The notes below the pieces were generated by a model, which worked only from the letters and a program-made list of their open reading frames with translations, did not search any database and was not told the DNA's origin. A DNA stretch of 63,429 bases, counting the filler, from Hausera hauseri (Eukaryota): the NCBI GenBank assembly GCA_046269625.1. It is 9 parts of 9 records of this genome, joined end to end, with 100 filler letters (N's around TTAATTAATTAA, not from the genome) between each part and the next. Parts side by side here need not be neighbours in the genome. Positions count along the whole stretch, not along the records: positions 16,747 to 28,014 come from JBJURY010112209.1; positions 28,115 to 32,427 come from JBJURY010641330.1; positions 32,528 to 37,652 come from JBJURY010327494.1; 6 more parts are not named here. One strand, given 5' to 3'. This document shows positions 23,930 to 37,752 of the stretch, piece by piece. Position numbers and translations under genes: made by a program. Numbering within the stretch: the stretch's first letter is position 1; the number at the start of each line of letters is the position of its first letter.

Positions 23930-25447
23930 GATGCAGCCAGAAATTTGAAAGACTAATGAATGATCTTAACCTTAATCAACAATTGAAGCGAATCCATGTT
24001 AATAATCATCGGGACCAGGAACTACGTGTATTGGTAGTTCATAACGAACTGTTGAAAAAATTAGCTGCTATGAGAGATCTATGCACCCGTTTGGAAAATT
24101 GCAAGGAAAATATTCAAAGACAGCTCTCTTGTCGATTGTTAGAAGTGGAACAATTAAAGTCAGAAAATACGGAATTTTGTAAAGATAACGAAGCAATGCG
24201 TGATGACATAAATTCGCTTCAAGAAAACATCAGAAACCTAGAAACGGTGATGTCTGCCGGAAGAGAAAAGGAATTTCGGAATCATATGGATTCGCAGCAA
24301 CGGATGGCCGAGCTTAAATCGGAAATCTATACATTTCGACAGTCAAAAAACAAAATCTGATCATTTGAATCGAGATTGGAAGCAGAATGTAAAAAACTTC
24401 GTCGTCAGTTGACATCGGAAAAATTCAAGTTGGAATCCGCTAACCAAGAATTGAAGCAACGACGATGGTAATTTCCTGAAGAAAAATCGAGTTCTGAAAA
24501 AGATATACCGATAGTAGAGAATCACAAACAATGGAAGCCAGATGATGGCCGAGATCAGGATTATATGAGTTCGTCAAGTGGCATTCATACCGGAAGATCT
24601 TTTAGCACTTATTCACCACCCACAACAGCAATAAACAACCAAAATGCCAAAACATCCTCTGATATTGATCAAAGCTCAAGAACAATTACAAATGAAACGG
24701 AGACTCGCAATGAAAATGTGAACAATGGTGTCGATGTTTATGATGATACCGGATTTTGATATTTGTTTGTTGGTGTGTAATCTCTATCGTTTCAGTATAA
24801 TGATGATGATGTGATATTTTGTACATTGGAATGATTGTAACACAATTTTTATAGCTTTAAGCTTAACGATAAGTCAGAAGTCGTAATTATCTATGATCCG
24901 CAATAAATTCATCTGAATTTTTTAAATGAAGAAAAAATATAATGGTAATTGATTTAATAATACAATATTGCTGTTATCTTTTGAATTTTAATTTTCTGTT
25001 GGCCATTTTAAGAATCTTTGTACAAAATATTAGTTTCAAATGTTTACTACAAAAAATGGTATACCACCGGACTACACTAAAAAAATTTGGATATTTTATT
25101 CGTTGGATATAATCCTGGTATTCGTTCTTAACGAGTTGGTCATCATTATGCCGGAATGAATAATCGTTTCTTTGAAAGTTCCAAGCACTTCAGTTACGAA
25201 CATGAACTAAAACTTATGGCTTATAGAATTGGTTTTACAAATTTATGCAGTCGCTAAACGAAGTGGTCTTCTGAATTAACTTCTATCGAATTACATACTT
25301 CAAAATCAGTGTTAATTAAAAAAGTTAAATTCAAACCGAAAATATTGGTTTTCAATGGTGCATTTGAAACAATGTCAGGCAGAAAGATAAAGGAGTCGAG
25401 TGTGCAACCGGATGTTCAAAGCATTCATAAATCGAAGACTAACACAT
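23930..25447 (+). pseudogene. Coiled-coil host-like cargo (stop codon and 3'UTR-like tail) in the 3' UTR of B
   Basis: ORFs 23956..24360 and 24565..24759; flanks match the contiguous 3' UTR of A (tatagcaNgga before, ggtacNc..acgt after). Confidence 0.6.
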
Positions 25448-25495
25448 GGTACTCACGTCTACTTCCTTCTTTATAGTCTTCCTTTTTGCCACAGC

Positions 25496-25560
25496 GGGGG
25501 GGGGTGATGTAGTGCCTGAAGGATGGTCGCGATGGGTGGGTTAGCGAATCGGTGAACACA
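25496..25560 (+). promoter_or_regulatory. PPT (25496-25507) and start of the 3' LTR of B (TGTAGTG at 25508)
   Basis: G9-TGA then TGTAG; upstream context homologous to the A PPT. Confidence 0.75.
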
Positions 25561-26314
25561 CCTTTAATTTCGTCAATCTACAAATTTCAAATCGATACAA
25601 AGAGACTTGGATTTGTTAATTCTTCAAGCCGGTATCAGATTTGTCGTGCGATACATGCTCATTCGAAATGTCAAATGTGAAACTGACTAAAGGATTACAT
25701 GTAACAACAAACACAAAATAATATTGCTAACCAATGCACCAATAAATTCGTAAGCCCCATTGAATTATTGTTTCAAGTCCTGACAACATGAATCCGTGAC
25801 AATTTGTGTCCTCACCAAAATGACGGTCGCGTAAATACAGTAGTCGTCGATCGCCAATTTTTCTTATTCAATAAGAGAAGAGCAGAGGTCTATTAAAAAT
25901 AAAAATAGCAATGTGTTTCTTTAACGACGAAAGAGTAAATGGTACTCTTCTGATGATGTACCTTACTACATCTTCCGCTGCTAATTGGAATTTCTCATAT
26001 ATATTTACATCATTTCGTACTTTTACAATTTTCCATTTTAGCATGCAGAAGAATATCCCGTCAATCTGCTAATCGGAATATCTCGTGCATATTTACCTCA
26101 TTTCAGACTTTTACAATTTTGTTCTTTTTCTTGATTGCAGCTCTTATTTTTCTGATCTGGCTATGTACATATTTTAGATAAAATGGACAAATGTAAAAAA
26201 ATTGATTTGAAAAATTTGAAATTAAAAAAAAATATTTATTGTTATCGTTGTAGTTTACGCTTATTATTCCGAAACGACATTTTGGTGTCAGAATTATCTC
26301 AACGGGATATATAA

Positions 26315-27287
26315 ATGGAAGTTTACAGTACCATACAATTTTATCCCTGCAGTATGGACATAATTGCAGAATCTGTTGAAACAACGAAACAAGATTTTAT
26401 TGAAGGAATTACTCAACCTTTAACTGAGCCGAAAACTTCACTTAAGGATAAATATCCAAATTGCGATACGCCTAAAAAGTTAATGTGGTTTCCAACATAT
26501 CGAGGCTTCAAGGATAACACAGTTAATACTGTTAATACTAAAATTGATAATCAAGTCAAATCTTTCATCGGGAAAATATTTCCAAATTCAAAATTTCCTC
26601 AACACACAACTGAATTTTCGTATACAATGTTCCGTAGAATTTATCTAAAGTTTTGTTACCTACCTGTAATATCCGAATTGCAAGGAACTATCCAGACCAG
26701 TTATTTTGAAGCTAGTGATTATTACAAAGCACGATGTTTCAAAAAATGTTTCTATTGGTCCTCAAACTGCGTGGAAAGAATCTATTCTTTGCAACAATTG
26801 TATTATAAAGAAATGTATCAATTGGTAAATACACTTGGAATATTTTTTGAGCGGAAATCCAACTTTATCAATTTTAAACAGCCCTTCTGTACATGCTTGC
26901 AACAGAACAATTCTTGTATTAATGTTCTCAAATACTACTCTCACGTCTTTAGCTACCTTGGCAACCCGTCAATTGGTACATCGACGTCGAGATTAGCTCC
27001 TTACAATTTGTGTGATATCCATAAGTGGGTTTCTTTTTACAGTGTATAACGATGTGGGCATTATGTATGAATTATTTCAAAATAACATTCAAGCGATCGA
27101 TTTTATTTTTCCAGCAGTTGTGTATTTTAACAAAAAAATGCTACGATATATTTGTAATTTAGTTACAAATTCGAAAATGTCCCATTGCGTTGCGACATCT
27201 TTTCCAATTTTCGATCATTTGGAAAACTGCCATTTGAAAGCATTGTTGTACTTTAACATGTACGACAGTCAAATTTTTTGGTGGTAA
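26315..27287 (+). pseudogene. Unidentified Cys/Tyr-rich coding cargo downstream of the 3' LTR start of B
   Basis: 244-aa ORF continuing by frameshift into 27012..27287; no recognisable motif. Confidence 0.4.
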
Positions 27288-29849
27288 TCACATTGGAGTG
27301 TCGGAATTTTCACCACCGGATATGGGAGAATTATTATATTTAAGCTACACCAATTTGCGTCGGGAGAAACTTATTAATTGAACGTATCAAATTAGTGGAG
27401 AGAACAAGTTCGCTTAATTCGTATCGTGTCGGTGTTTTAAATAGGGCGAGACAGAGGTGTAAACCTTACCTAACACTAACTTATAGGTGATGTGTCGGGT
27501 GATAGAAGCCTTTAAGGCTGATTTTTTCTTTTACTCTACGGTTTACTGAAAATTAGATTATTTATGATTATACGGACTGCCGTCAGGTAGGTTAGATATG
27601 GACGGCTGTTTCTTCCTGTTTACTTAGGAACTTTATTTATTTATTTATCGTTATTAGCGAGAAAGAATAACTTACGGTAAAACAATCGTATTGTATTATC
27701 AAATTTACAAAAATGCAGCATACAATACTAAAAATGTATATTACTAACGATGCCAAATTTATAACAATCAATGTATAAAACGTATCACGATTAGCAATAA
27801 TTATCACGTAGATGACAGAAATACTTACGTAGTAGTAGGATGTGAGCACACCAAGCCAATACCCCCCCCCCGGGAAGAAAATTTTTTCTGGTTCGCGGAT
27901 TAGTCATGGGGTAGAAAAAACGATACACACACGCACAATTAATAGGGCGGAGATAGGAGACACACAGTCAGAAAGTGGATACACACAGGCGGGCGTACTG
28001 TATGGATTTTAGGTNNNNNNNNNNNNNNNNNNNNNNNNNNNNNNNNNNNNNNNNNNNNTTAATTAATTAANNNNNNNNNNNNNNNNNNNNNNNNNNNNNN
28101 NNNNNNNNNNNNNNTCTCAACGATTCAAGTCAAAGGGTTTAACAATAGGTTTACTAGCTCCAAATGTTCAATAAATATTATGTTACTGTCACTTGATTAA
28201 TATGTTGAGTCGAAACAAAAACAAGCAATTAAATAATTTTATTATCGGCCAGATGTACCGATCGGCATCGTCATGCAACATCTGGCGAATCGCGCATATC
28301 GACACTTGTGCCAATTGGCAACACAAGTGTGTAGTTAACGGGACTGGCTGAACACATGCTTTTCTAACAAAGTATTCATATAAATAATTTTTAAAACAAG
28401 TATTACTTTATATTCTGAAATGTAATTTACTAGCTAAAATTTTGATTTGTGATGCATGGCGTAATGCTCATCTGATTAGATATGATAAAAGTGACTAAAA
28501 AGAACTTGTCTTGTTACTAATGAACCAAAACAAGGTAGAATAATACAATAAAAAAGAAACCGAACTTGATAGTGGTTGTGTAGAGTTTCTTAAATATAAT
28601 AAATAACAAATTTATCATCAGCCTGTTTCAATAAGTTTATTAGCACTTATTCTGTACTGTATTTCTTTAATATTTTGACGATTGAGGTAATAGTACTGCC
28701 ATGAGATCATTCTGTTGTCTGTGTAAAATTTGCACTTATTAAATTTTGCAATGTTGCTTTTTTATTATAAACAGTGAAAAGTTACAAAGATAACAAGCAA
28801 AGAAAAAATCTGCCAATGAGTCGCGCAGAACATATGCTAAAATTGGCCAGCGAAATTAACAATAAACGTGTTAAAGCCAAAGAAAATGTGGACAAACAGG
28901 CAATTGTCAGACGAAGCAGAAGAAAACGAACAGCTAGCAGGAAATTGTTTGGCTCTGTAGACGTCAACAAAGGTTTACCAGGTTCAACTACCTTGATGGA
29001 TACATCAAACATGTTTTTAGATTTTTTCTTGTGTGATTTAGCAATTTTTATGCTCATTGAAAACTATGAAAATTAACTACGTTGAACTTATGCTGATATG
29101 TTTATGTGTCTTGGCAGTTTTTGTTATATGGCAGAATATATAGGTAATGTGACATTAGGCCATAAAATATTCCAGTCATGTGTACCATAAGGTATGACAC
29201 TTGTATAATTTGTTAAGATAAATAAAATTTTCATTAAATGTGCATGTTAAAAGGAGTTTATGACAGGTTTAAAGCTTGAACTTCTAGACTAGCAGACTTA
29301 CCCTTTACCATTAAGTGCAAGGATAGAAATGTGATCATTAAATCTGCTCATGCCTGATCCCTCACTTTATTTTTGATAACATTTTGCAGCTTGAAATAAG
29401 AACATGCATGCCAACTGTATCGCTTGCTGACAAATCAACTTTTCGAAACTCGTCATATACAATTTATCGCCAATTATCCAGAATGATTCAAAAAAGATAT
29501 CTTAGGACATCTATGCTTGAAGCGAATGGTCCACCTGCTGACCTATACAGTTTATCAATAAACATCTGAAATACCGTGTGTAGTTTCTGTCGATCACGTT
29601 GAGTCATCAAATTATTCCACAAACTGGTCAATAATAAAAACAGTTTCATTCAGCAACAAACCGTGGCAGAAAATGTCTACTATTCCAAAACATTTCAGCA
29701 ACTACAGCCTGTTGTTAACACTCAGCTGACTGAATACGCACAGGCTGATGATGATCAGCAACTGCCGGTCACGAACAATTCCTTGAACCGCAAGGTAGCA
29801 AATAAAATGTAAGGTGGACGTAAAACTACTACAGCCGAAAGAGGGACTG

Positions 29850-31500
29850 TGCTACTGTGTACAAGAAGTCATCAAATGAAACTCCGCCAGTAGTATTTCA
29901 TCACGATGAGCCGCAGCCTTGGCAGTCTAAAAACGTACAGATTCATAAGTCACAGCCGCTGTGTCAGAAAAAAAAACGGCTTATTATTGTAAAGCTGCTC
30001 AAGCCACTACTAGTAAAAATCGACGAGTCATACGAGCTGCTGCTTATAAAAAACCAGCAAAAGAAAAGCAAAATACTATTGTGTGCATTCCGTACTCAGA
30101 CAGTGAATATGATAATTTATCATATGAAAACGAAGATGAAATAAGAAGGTTGGTGAACAGGAATGAAAAGCATCGGGCTTCTCAACCACAATCCGACATG
30201 TCAAGCATAGCTGCGCCTCCTGAAAACAAGCAAAAGGTTCAACGTTACATGGTACGACACAAAATTCAGTAGACGTGTGGCATATGTTTCATAATTCCAC
30301 TTCAGATTTATTCTACGCAACAGAATCCTTTGATTGATGAAGGAAAAACACCAATTCAGTTCTTCCTATTATTCTTCAGTGATCAATTTTTCGAAACAAT
30401 TGCCTGCCAGTCATCTATGTATTCAACTCAAGTTAATACAGAAAGACCAGTACACATCTGTATCAGATGTCAAGCGCTTCGTTAGAACATGCATGTTTAT
30501 GTCACTAGTGAGAATGCCACAGATTTATAATAATTCTTGTATTTTAATGGCAACCTAGCAAGTTCAGATTCACGTGACAAGCTGTACAAAATCAGGCCGG
30601 TGGTTGATCAGCTGAGAAAATCATTCGACAAGATCAAGGCTAAAAGCTTGTGTTGATAAACAGATTGTACCATTCAAAGGCAGAAGTTGTCTTCAATACA
30701 ACCCGAGAAAACCACACAAGTGGGGCTATAAAGTATTGTGTGTGGCGTTAGCGGTTATGCATGACTTTGAATGCTACACTAGTAATTCAGACAACATTCT
30801 TCCGGGTGAGCACGATTGTGGAACGAGTGTCAATGTTGTCATCAGATTAACATGAAAACTATCATCAGACGTGGATCATAAACTTTTTATTATAAGTACT
30901 TCACAAACTCAAAGCTACAAATGTATCTTGCAAAGAAAAAATCTGGTCAATTGGAACTGAGACAAAATCGTTAGACTCAGTGTACACTGAAACCAGAAAG
31001 TTCTTAAAGACATTGGTTGTGACGTTATGGCTGGTAGACATTATGAAGTGTTGAAATTGCAGCTGTCAGGTCGTTTGACAACAGAGCTGTCAATTTAATT
31101 TCAACATTCACTGGATGTAAACAACTGACTTAACGGTGGAACTCAAAGACTAAAGGCCACGAAAAGGTGACCTGCCCAAATATAGTCGTTGTGTACAACA
31201 AGCACATGGGAGTTGATCTTACGGATTCATTGATTGGTCTGTATAGAATCAAAATTCAGTCAAAGAAATGGTTTCATCGTCTATTCGTTCATTTCATTGA
31301 CATGGTGATGTTACATATGGCAGCACTCCGTCACAGTCATCAAAGAAAACTACTGTAACTGGTAATCCTTTTAAAGAGCTTCGTTATGATGGAGCAGATT
31401 CAGGCTGGAAAGTTACCACGGACAATCTCGTATAATTTAACTGAAGTGCAATGTTCACTTGTGTGTTTTGAAAGGTGATTGTTTTATTAATTATCATACA
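29850..31500 (+). mobile_element. Decayed piggyBac (PGBD3-like) transposase
   Basis: TPIQFFLLFF, DKLYKIRPVVDQLR, VDKQIVPFKGR, YNPRKPHKWGYK, CPNIVVVYNKHMGVDLTD..YRI..KKWFHRLFVHFID. Confidence 0.88.
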
Positions 31501-32159
31501 ATGTCAAAATAATCCAAACAGTTAATATTGTTACAATTTATGAGATAAAGAGAAAGTGCAATGGCTGGATTAAAGCTCTACTAAGCTCTTTAGCAAACTT
31601 TTTATTCTTGCGTACAATGCTTATTGCGAGGTGCTTCTTGTGATCAGACGTCCTTTTGTTATTGTATGTAATTAAAGTGTATCGATGGTATTATTTAAGA
31701 TGGCATTATTTAGTACAGTATATTTCTCAAGCTACATTGATGATTGCATTTACAGCTGTTGACTGCATTATTGTTTCTGATATCACGCTATTGAGCCATG
31801 CAGTATTTTAAGGTGTGATTAACTTTAGCAAAAAGATGCCAATAATATTTTAGTAAACTTGCACTATTGTGACATATTCACAACACATTTGACAGAAATC
31901 ACTTTCTAAAAATGTGTTGCATTCTTTAGTGTTTTAACTTTCCTGTGGCATTTAGAGATATTGTTTGCGGTGCTTTGTTAATCGTATTTTATGAAATATT
32001 GGTCGCTGTCAACTCCATGGCTACTATCTGCAAAAATTAACCTGCAGCATAGTTTTGCCATCTTTTTATGTCGTGTGTATTTATGGCATTGTGTTGAAGT
32101 ATTCGTTAATTTTGCATTTCACTGGCCAACAGATGGCAGTAATTAGGCATTGCTTTGCA

Positions 32160-32390
32160 ACATTCACGTGACCTCACACCTTGTGTCTTCTTTTATGAGG
32201 ATATGCGTAGTCACAAGTTTACGCGAACAAACCTCAAACGATTGCCGAAGTGAAGAGGGAAATTCAACAGGTAATCTGCGGAATCGACAGGGACGTTCGC
32301 GAAACAGTTATTGTTAATGTCAACGATCGAATGAATGCCTTCAGAGAAAGTGGAGGTGGAGATATGCTCGATATCATTTTTCATTATTAA
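32160..32390 (+). mobile_element. Tc1/mariner transposase C-terminal remnant
   Basis: SRDLTPCVFFL*GYA*SQVYANKPQTIAEVKREI matches the SPDLTPCDFFLWGYVK motif. Confidence 0.8.
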
Positions 32391-32527
32391 ATCGAAGTAT
32401 ATGTTGAATGAAATTATATAAAATATTNNNNNNNNNNNNNNNNNNNNNNNNNNNNNNNNNNNNNNNNNNNNTTAATTAATTAANNNNNNNNNNNNNNNNN
32501 NNNNNNNNNNNNNNNNNNNNNNNNNNN

Positions 32528-32780
32528 AATCAAATGTATAACGACTGGGATTCGATTGGCGATTCCACCCGGTTACTACGGTCAACTTTTATCGAAAAGC
32601 GGATGGGCAAAGCTCGGACTGACGGTTGTGGGCGGCGGTGTCATTGATTCAGATTTTTGTGGTGAAATTAAAGTGTTGCTGGAAAACAAATCCGGGGAAC
32701 CATATGCTTTTTCGAAAAGCAGTGCAATCGCATAAATCGTTTTTCTTCGCTGTTAAGAGGCGGAATTCAGTGTAATGTCA
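32528..32780 (+). pseudogene. dut: dUTPase fragment
   Basis: TTGIRLAIPPGYYGQLLSKSG..GVIDSDFCGEIKVLLEN..AIA*IVF. Confidence 0.85.
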
Positions 32781-32950
32781 CCGGAACAATGGGTATTATT
32801 TTCTCAATGAATCAACATGAAATGAAGGCAAAGAATTCGACTTTTGTGATATGGATAAAACCACCTATGTTTAGTGATTTGTGATGATGTTAATAATAGA
32901 TAGTTGTTTTGTTTGTGTTATAAACAAAAGGATTCTGTACATGATAAGTA

Positions 32951-33440
32951 ATGGCGACAGGATTTATAGATATTGAAGCTTTCCAAGATGATAATACCCA
33001 GTACATAATAAAGGAATTAAGCATTATGGACGTCGGTAACATTTTCAAACCGCTTGTATATGTATTCAATCCGCCATTATGTGGAATCAGTTGAGAGAAA
33101 AGGCGAAAATTACCAATGCATATCTCATACGATGTTGTCATGGACTTTACTGGAACGAAGTCAATTCAACGTTTTGCATATAATGTATCATGCGAGACAT
33201 TTGTGATTGTTTTGACATTGAAAATACAATATTTTACATTAAAGATTAAATTGACGGACAAAAGTTTACCCCAGTCCATTCATACTTTCCCGATTTGTGA
33301 AAGACGACGTATTCAACAACATTGAACAGCTCGCTGGAGATGGTACCTGACAATATTAGATGTCTGTATCGTGGTCATGGTCCGACTTATTCTTACAAAA
33401 AATGTCTACGGCTTTGTATTGACTATATTTCATGCAAATA
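32951..33440 (+). pseudogene. Polinton DEDD-exonuclease-like accessory ORF
   Basis: MATGFIDIEAFQDDNTQYIIKELSI..YVFNPP..HGLYWNE motif typical of Maverick accessory ORFs. Confidence 0.55.
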
Positions 33441-33499
33441 AATAAATGTATTTCTCTCTTTCCCTAAATAAGGTCCGCAGTGTTGGTCAGTTGAATAAT

Positions 33500-34010
33500 T
33501 CAAAAAGTATAAATACGGGTAAGATAGTAATAAAAATAATAGTAATCACGGAAATAGTTAATGAATTGAAGCAGTTGCAAAATTTTGACGGATTACCAAT
33601 TTCAGACTTGGTACGATGGTGGCACGTACTTGATAGTCAGCTGGTTGCGAGAGCAACAGGTGATTTTGGGTTTAAAGATTTAGCGTCAATAGCATTGATG
33701 ACAACAGATTGCAACTCTATAGAAAATGTAATTGTGTTAAATCAAATGTACATTCACCGATTGTATGATACAAATGACTTTAATACTGTTGAAAAGGTAC
33801 GCGGTGAATTAAAGAACTTGAAAGAGAAAATAATGGGCAAAGTACGAGAATGTCAGTTTGTGTGTACTATATAAACAAAGAAAAGTGGATACGGTATTCT
33901 TAATGTGCGGCCATTTTGTTGTTTGTCAAATGTGTTCTACCAAAGTAACCCACCAATGTCCAGAATGTAAATGTGCTATAATGAAAATTGTACACATTTA
34001 TTACGAATGA
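33500..34010 (+). pseudogene. ORF with C-terminal IAP-type C3HC4 RING finger
   Basis: VDTVFLMCGHFVVCQMCSTKVTHQCPECKCAIMKIVHIY*. Confidence 0.7.
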
Positions 34011-34271
34011 ATGGAGACGTGGAGGTATTTTGTATCATTCTGATGAGACAATACTCACAAAGTAAATATCTATTGTTTACAATGAAAGCAAACCTTTGAA
34101 ATAAATATGGATGCAATTTCATTTCACGTTTGTTTTATTTAAAAGATATATTTGGAAAACAATTCAGCAGGTGACAATCTCTCAAAAAAGCCAAGTTACA
34201 GCGAAATTTCGCTCAGAAATTCCCGGTTGTATAATGAATACAACTTACATTATCTGCGCAACGCTATTTAA

Positions 34272-34601
34272 TTGCCATTAACGCAAACGGTCAAAATCAA
34301 ACCAGTGAAATATGGTCTATTGGTGAAAAAGATTAGCGACGATGATTTGGATACGATAGAAGACACAATTAGAAAAGTTGACAGTGATCTGGCATTTAGT
34401 AACGATATCCGAGATACATCGTCGATTTTTCTCAAAGGAAATATGACGAAAATTGTCAATTCACATGGCGGAGAAACAGCAGCAGCAGTTTTGTTACCGG
34501 AAGGAACTAAAGACCATCCAACATTGAAGTTGAAAGGGTACAAGGGTCTACACGGCGTTAAATCACCAATATGGAAGCTGAGAAAGTTTACGCTGATTTG
34601 A
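34272..34601 (+). CDS. Polinton hypothetical protein (partial)
   Basis: 109-aa ORF between the RING gene and the PolB 3' end, followed by AATAAA. Confidence 0.35.
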   Translation: MPLTQTVKIKPVKYGLLVKKISDDDLDTIEDTIRKVDSDLAFSNDIRDTSSIFLKGNMTKIVNSHGGETAAAVLLPEGTKDHPTLKLKGYKGLHGVKSPIWKLRKFTLI

Positions 34602-34779
34602 CTTTGTTTTTGATTTTAGCTTATGGTGATTAATAAATTTTATTGATTTTATTTTTGATATTGTTTCTCTTTACATGAAGTTAAACAGTTCAACTAAATG
34701 ATAATAAATGAAAAGGCAAAAACAATGAACAATATACATTATTTATACAAAACAAACAGATCACAATGAATTGTCACAG

Positions 34780-37652
34780 TAATTTGATCTGTTTGTATCA
34801 TCAGCACCGAATTCATGTGTTTTTTTTCACACGTCAATTTCCGTACGCCCAACTCTTAGTTCGCCCACCCACTTACGCTTATCATTAATGCATGATAAAG
34901 CGACTTTTGTATTGATCACCGTATACAGCTGGTTCTGAATCGATCGGATGATCGTTTGACACAACAGCATTTGATTGTTCTTGTCCTTCATAGACACGGC
35001 GATAAACACCGTGGTTTATTTCCGTCTGGGCCAACTGAACTCCTTTGGCGCACATTTTCGGTCCACATTTTGGCCGTAGAAATATCCATTCCCAATACTG
35101 AACCCGACCTTTACTTTCATCCTTCAAGCAGCCGATTTTGTTGGATGATCCGGTGGTTAGTTGGACGTGTCCAGTAATCCGTCTGACTGCGTTTGCTGCA
35201 GTAGGTGTTCGCGATTGACTTTTCAGCCCCAGGAAAAAACTGTGTCCCTGGCAATTATACTAATGTTACAGCCGTCAAACATTTGCCGGTAAAGTGCCAA
35301 ATCGCGATAGTGTAGTTCATACATCCGTAACTTGTTCAGGTTTAATACCACTTGTCCGATGTAACTTGGCCGGTCCAGAACGACTTCTATGTTTAACAGC
35401 ACCGCAACCAATCCATCGGCAATGTGCATTGACTGCCGAAACTGTGCCTTAGTCGTGTACGTGACCAACTGCTTTTCGCTATTGCATAGGCGTACATTGA
35501 GCCACTTTTCCAGATTCTTTACTGTTTTTCCGTACAGGGAATTGTTTTTCAGCTTGTAGTAATCCTTTTCGAACTTTGTACAAGCTGCGGCTCCTTTTTC
35601 CGAATTTCCATCTATGTACGCCTTGAATATGGGAGCCTGAGCAAATCGGATTGCACGCGTACACCGAGCTGCATGTAAAATTGTAACACACGCCAATGGA
35701 CCACGTAATTCAGCTTCGGTCCATGCATCATGACCAGTTTCTTCACTTTTGAGCCTTGTGAACATTGGTTAAATGGTGTAACCGGTAAATCATCCAAAAC
35801 GTCATGCATCTCATCTGGTACCACGAGTTCTACCTCCATCAGGTATCCGACTGAGCCTGCCATGTCTGCTTGTGGTAGCTTGACCATTATGTCGTCCAGA
35901 TTTTGTCTGTCGACTACCCATTTGAATGAACCGTACGGCAAGGGTTGCGAAAGCGCCCAGCCATACAGGTTATTAATATCAATATACAGCAGTGATGTGG
36001 TATCGGTAGCACTGACCTGATGCTTGTTCACAAATTTCATGCCGCCGTGAATACCAACAACAAACAGCCGGTACATTTCCGGGTCTTGCAGCAGCTCAAT
36101 GTCTCGATCCAGTGACATTATAGCTGACGCTCGACTTATTTCCGATATGGAATAAAAGTCAACGCTTTCGCTCGAAACGCTTGGAACACATCGGCTAATA
36201 AGTGCACATCCAGTTTAAGATACTGGAGCATGTAATCCAACATGTTTCTACAGCCGAGTTCTGTCCATCACCTTTGTGCTTTGCGGTATTCATCCTCTGC
36301 GATACCTGTCCATTGCGGCGGTAATTCCTCTGCTGTCCGGAGTCGCTCGTACGATGTTGCAAAGTCATATGGGAATATGCCTTTGCTGCATGCAATATGT
36401 GAGGGGAACTGCGTTAGTTCTATCAGCACATCTGGCAAGGCATTTACCAGCTTTTCCAGAGATTCATTGAGAAATTGCAATGAATCAAGGAAGCGTACCT
36501 GACACCGGTTTATACGAGCAGACAGTTTCAAGTATTTCTCCATCGTAGTCGGAATTATCGATAGTTCCCAGTGCGGAAATCTGTTTATTGCCCATTTCAG
36601 AATATGGTGACAATCATAACCCTTGAAGTTATGAAATACCACCGGTAGGAATGGCCCCATGCCTGGCCAAATTACATGCATTACGTGCTGCTCCGAGATA
36701 TCGACCAATAAAATGATCGTAATCTGGTACGAGCCGTTCCAGTGCGTCAAACGGTAATATTTTGTGGCACAGGTAACATTCATCTGTGACTGCAAACGTC
36801 AGGCGTTCATCTTCATCTGCCCACATCAAGGGTTTATTGCTATTTCTACTGTACCAGAGTGCGATTTCAGTTTCCACTATGGTTTGCAACTGCTGCAAGA
36901 CATCTCGTACACAATTCCGTTCGTGAAAAACATAATATTGAGTTTGACTGCGGCTTTTATTGGGACAACCAACATACCGACGGCGACTGGAACATGTTTT
37001 TGGTCACATATGTTGTGCCGTGGTAAGATATCTTTGATATCGTCATATACTACATATTCCGGACTGCCTGTTTTTGACCAGTCAGTGAACCTTAGTTCCT
37101 GTTTGACGGGCATGACATACATTGTGGTTTCTGGCGAATTTGGTCTACACAGAGTCACATGTTTCTTCCATGTTGTTTCCGATCTGAATCTATGAAGACA
37201 TACAGGACACCATTTACACTGTATCCGTTTTTGGAGGAAATGGTCATGCTCCATGTTCAGTAATCTGTCCAGATTTGTCACTGCAACGTAATGGTACTTT
37301 TCTTTCTGTTCCAGTAGCAACAAATTTACTGAGTGGCCATTTTGGTTCCGACTATGATAGATTATATTCACATAAGGATTTTTGTAGATTTCTTTATCCG
37401 CCGGTATTTCTACGATTGTATTGTACCGGAACACGTTGATTGCCAGTGTCGGATTGGATTTCAGTTTCATCGGCATCCAGCTTTCATCGAAATCCAATTC
37501 GGAAAAATATTTTTGATACTGTTTTGGACGAGGTGCACTATGTCTGTTCACTTCGTCATATTTCAATACTGCCAGAATACTGTAAAGAAAACAGTATTCA
37601 TCGTTAGTATTTTTTACATTCACTACCACCAGAGACTGCTTCAGAGCTGCAG
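34780..37652 (-). pseudogene. polB: Protein-primed family B DNA polymerase with endonuclease VII-like insert
   Basis: YCFLYSILA, CYLC..DYDHFIGRYLGAARNACNL, FHNFKGYDCH, FLDSLQFL, KGIFPY, YIDINNLYGWALSQPLPYG, YKLKNNSLYGKT, AKGV. Confidence 0.92.
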
Positions 37653-37752
37653 NNNNNNNNNNNNNNNNNNNNNNNNNNNNNNNNNNNNNNNNNNNNTTAA
37701 TTAATTAANNNNNNNNNNNNNNNNNNNNNNNNNNNNNNNNNNNNNNNNNNNN

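Larger units (their letters stand above)
16748..27350 (+). mobile_element. Element B: decayed CsRn1-like Gypsy with non-TE cargo upstream, in the 3' UTR and in the 3' LTR (outer limits uncertain)
   Basis: UBL-gag-PR-RT-RH-INT at 19115-23905, PPT + TGTAG at 25496-25512; same family motifs as A and C. Confidence 0.8.
32528..37652. mobile_element. Polinton/Maverick (adintovirus-like) remnant
   Basis: Plus-strand accessory genes converge on a minus-strand protein-primed PolB. Confidence 0.88.

Noticed and set aside
27400-28014. Possible Polinton terminal inverted repeat
   Set aside because: No partner repeat or terminal motif is visible in the window.
28114-28142. piggyBac right end (aaagggtttaa)
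   Set aside because: Only ~30 bp at a contig edge, imperfect, and on the wrong side to close the downstream transposase.
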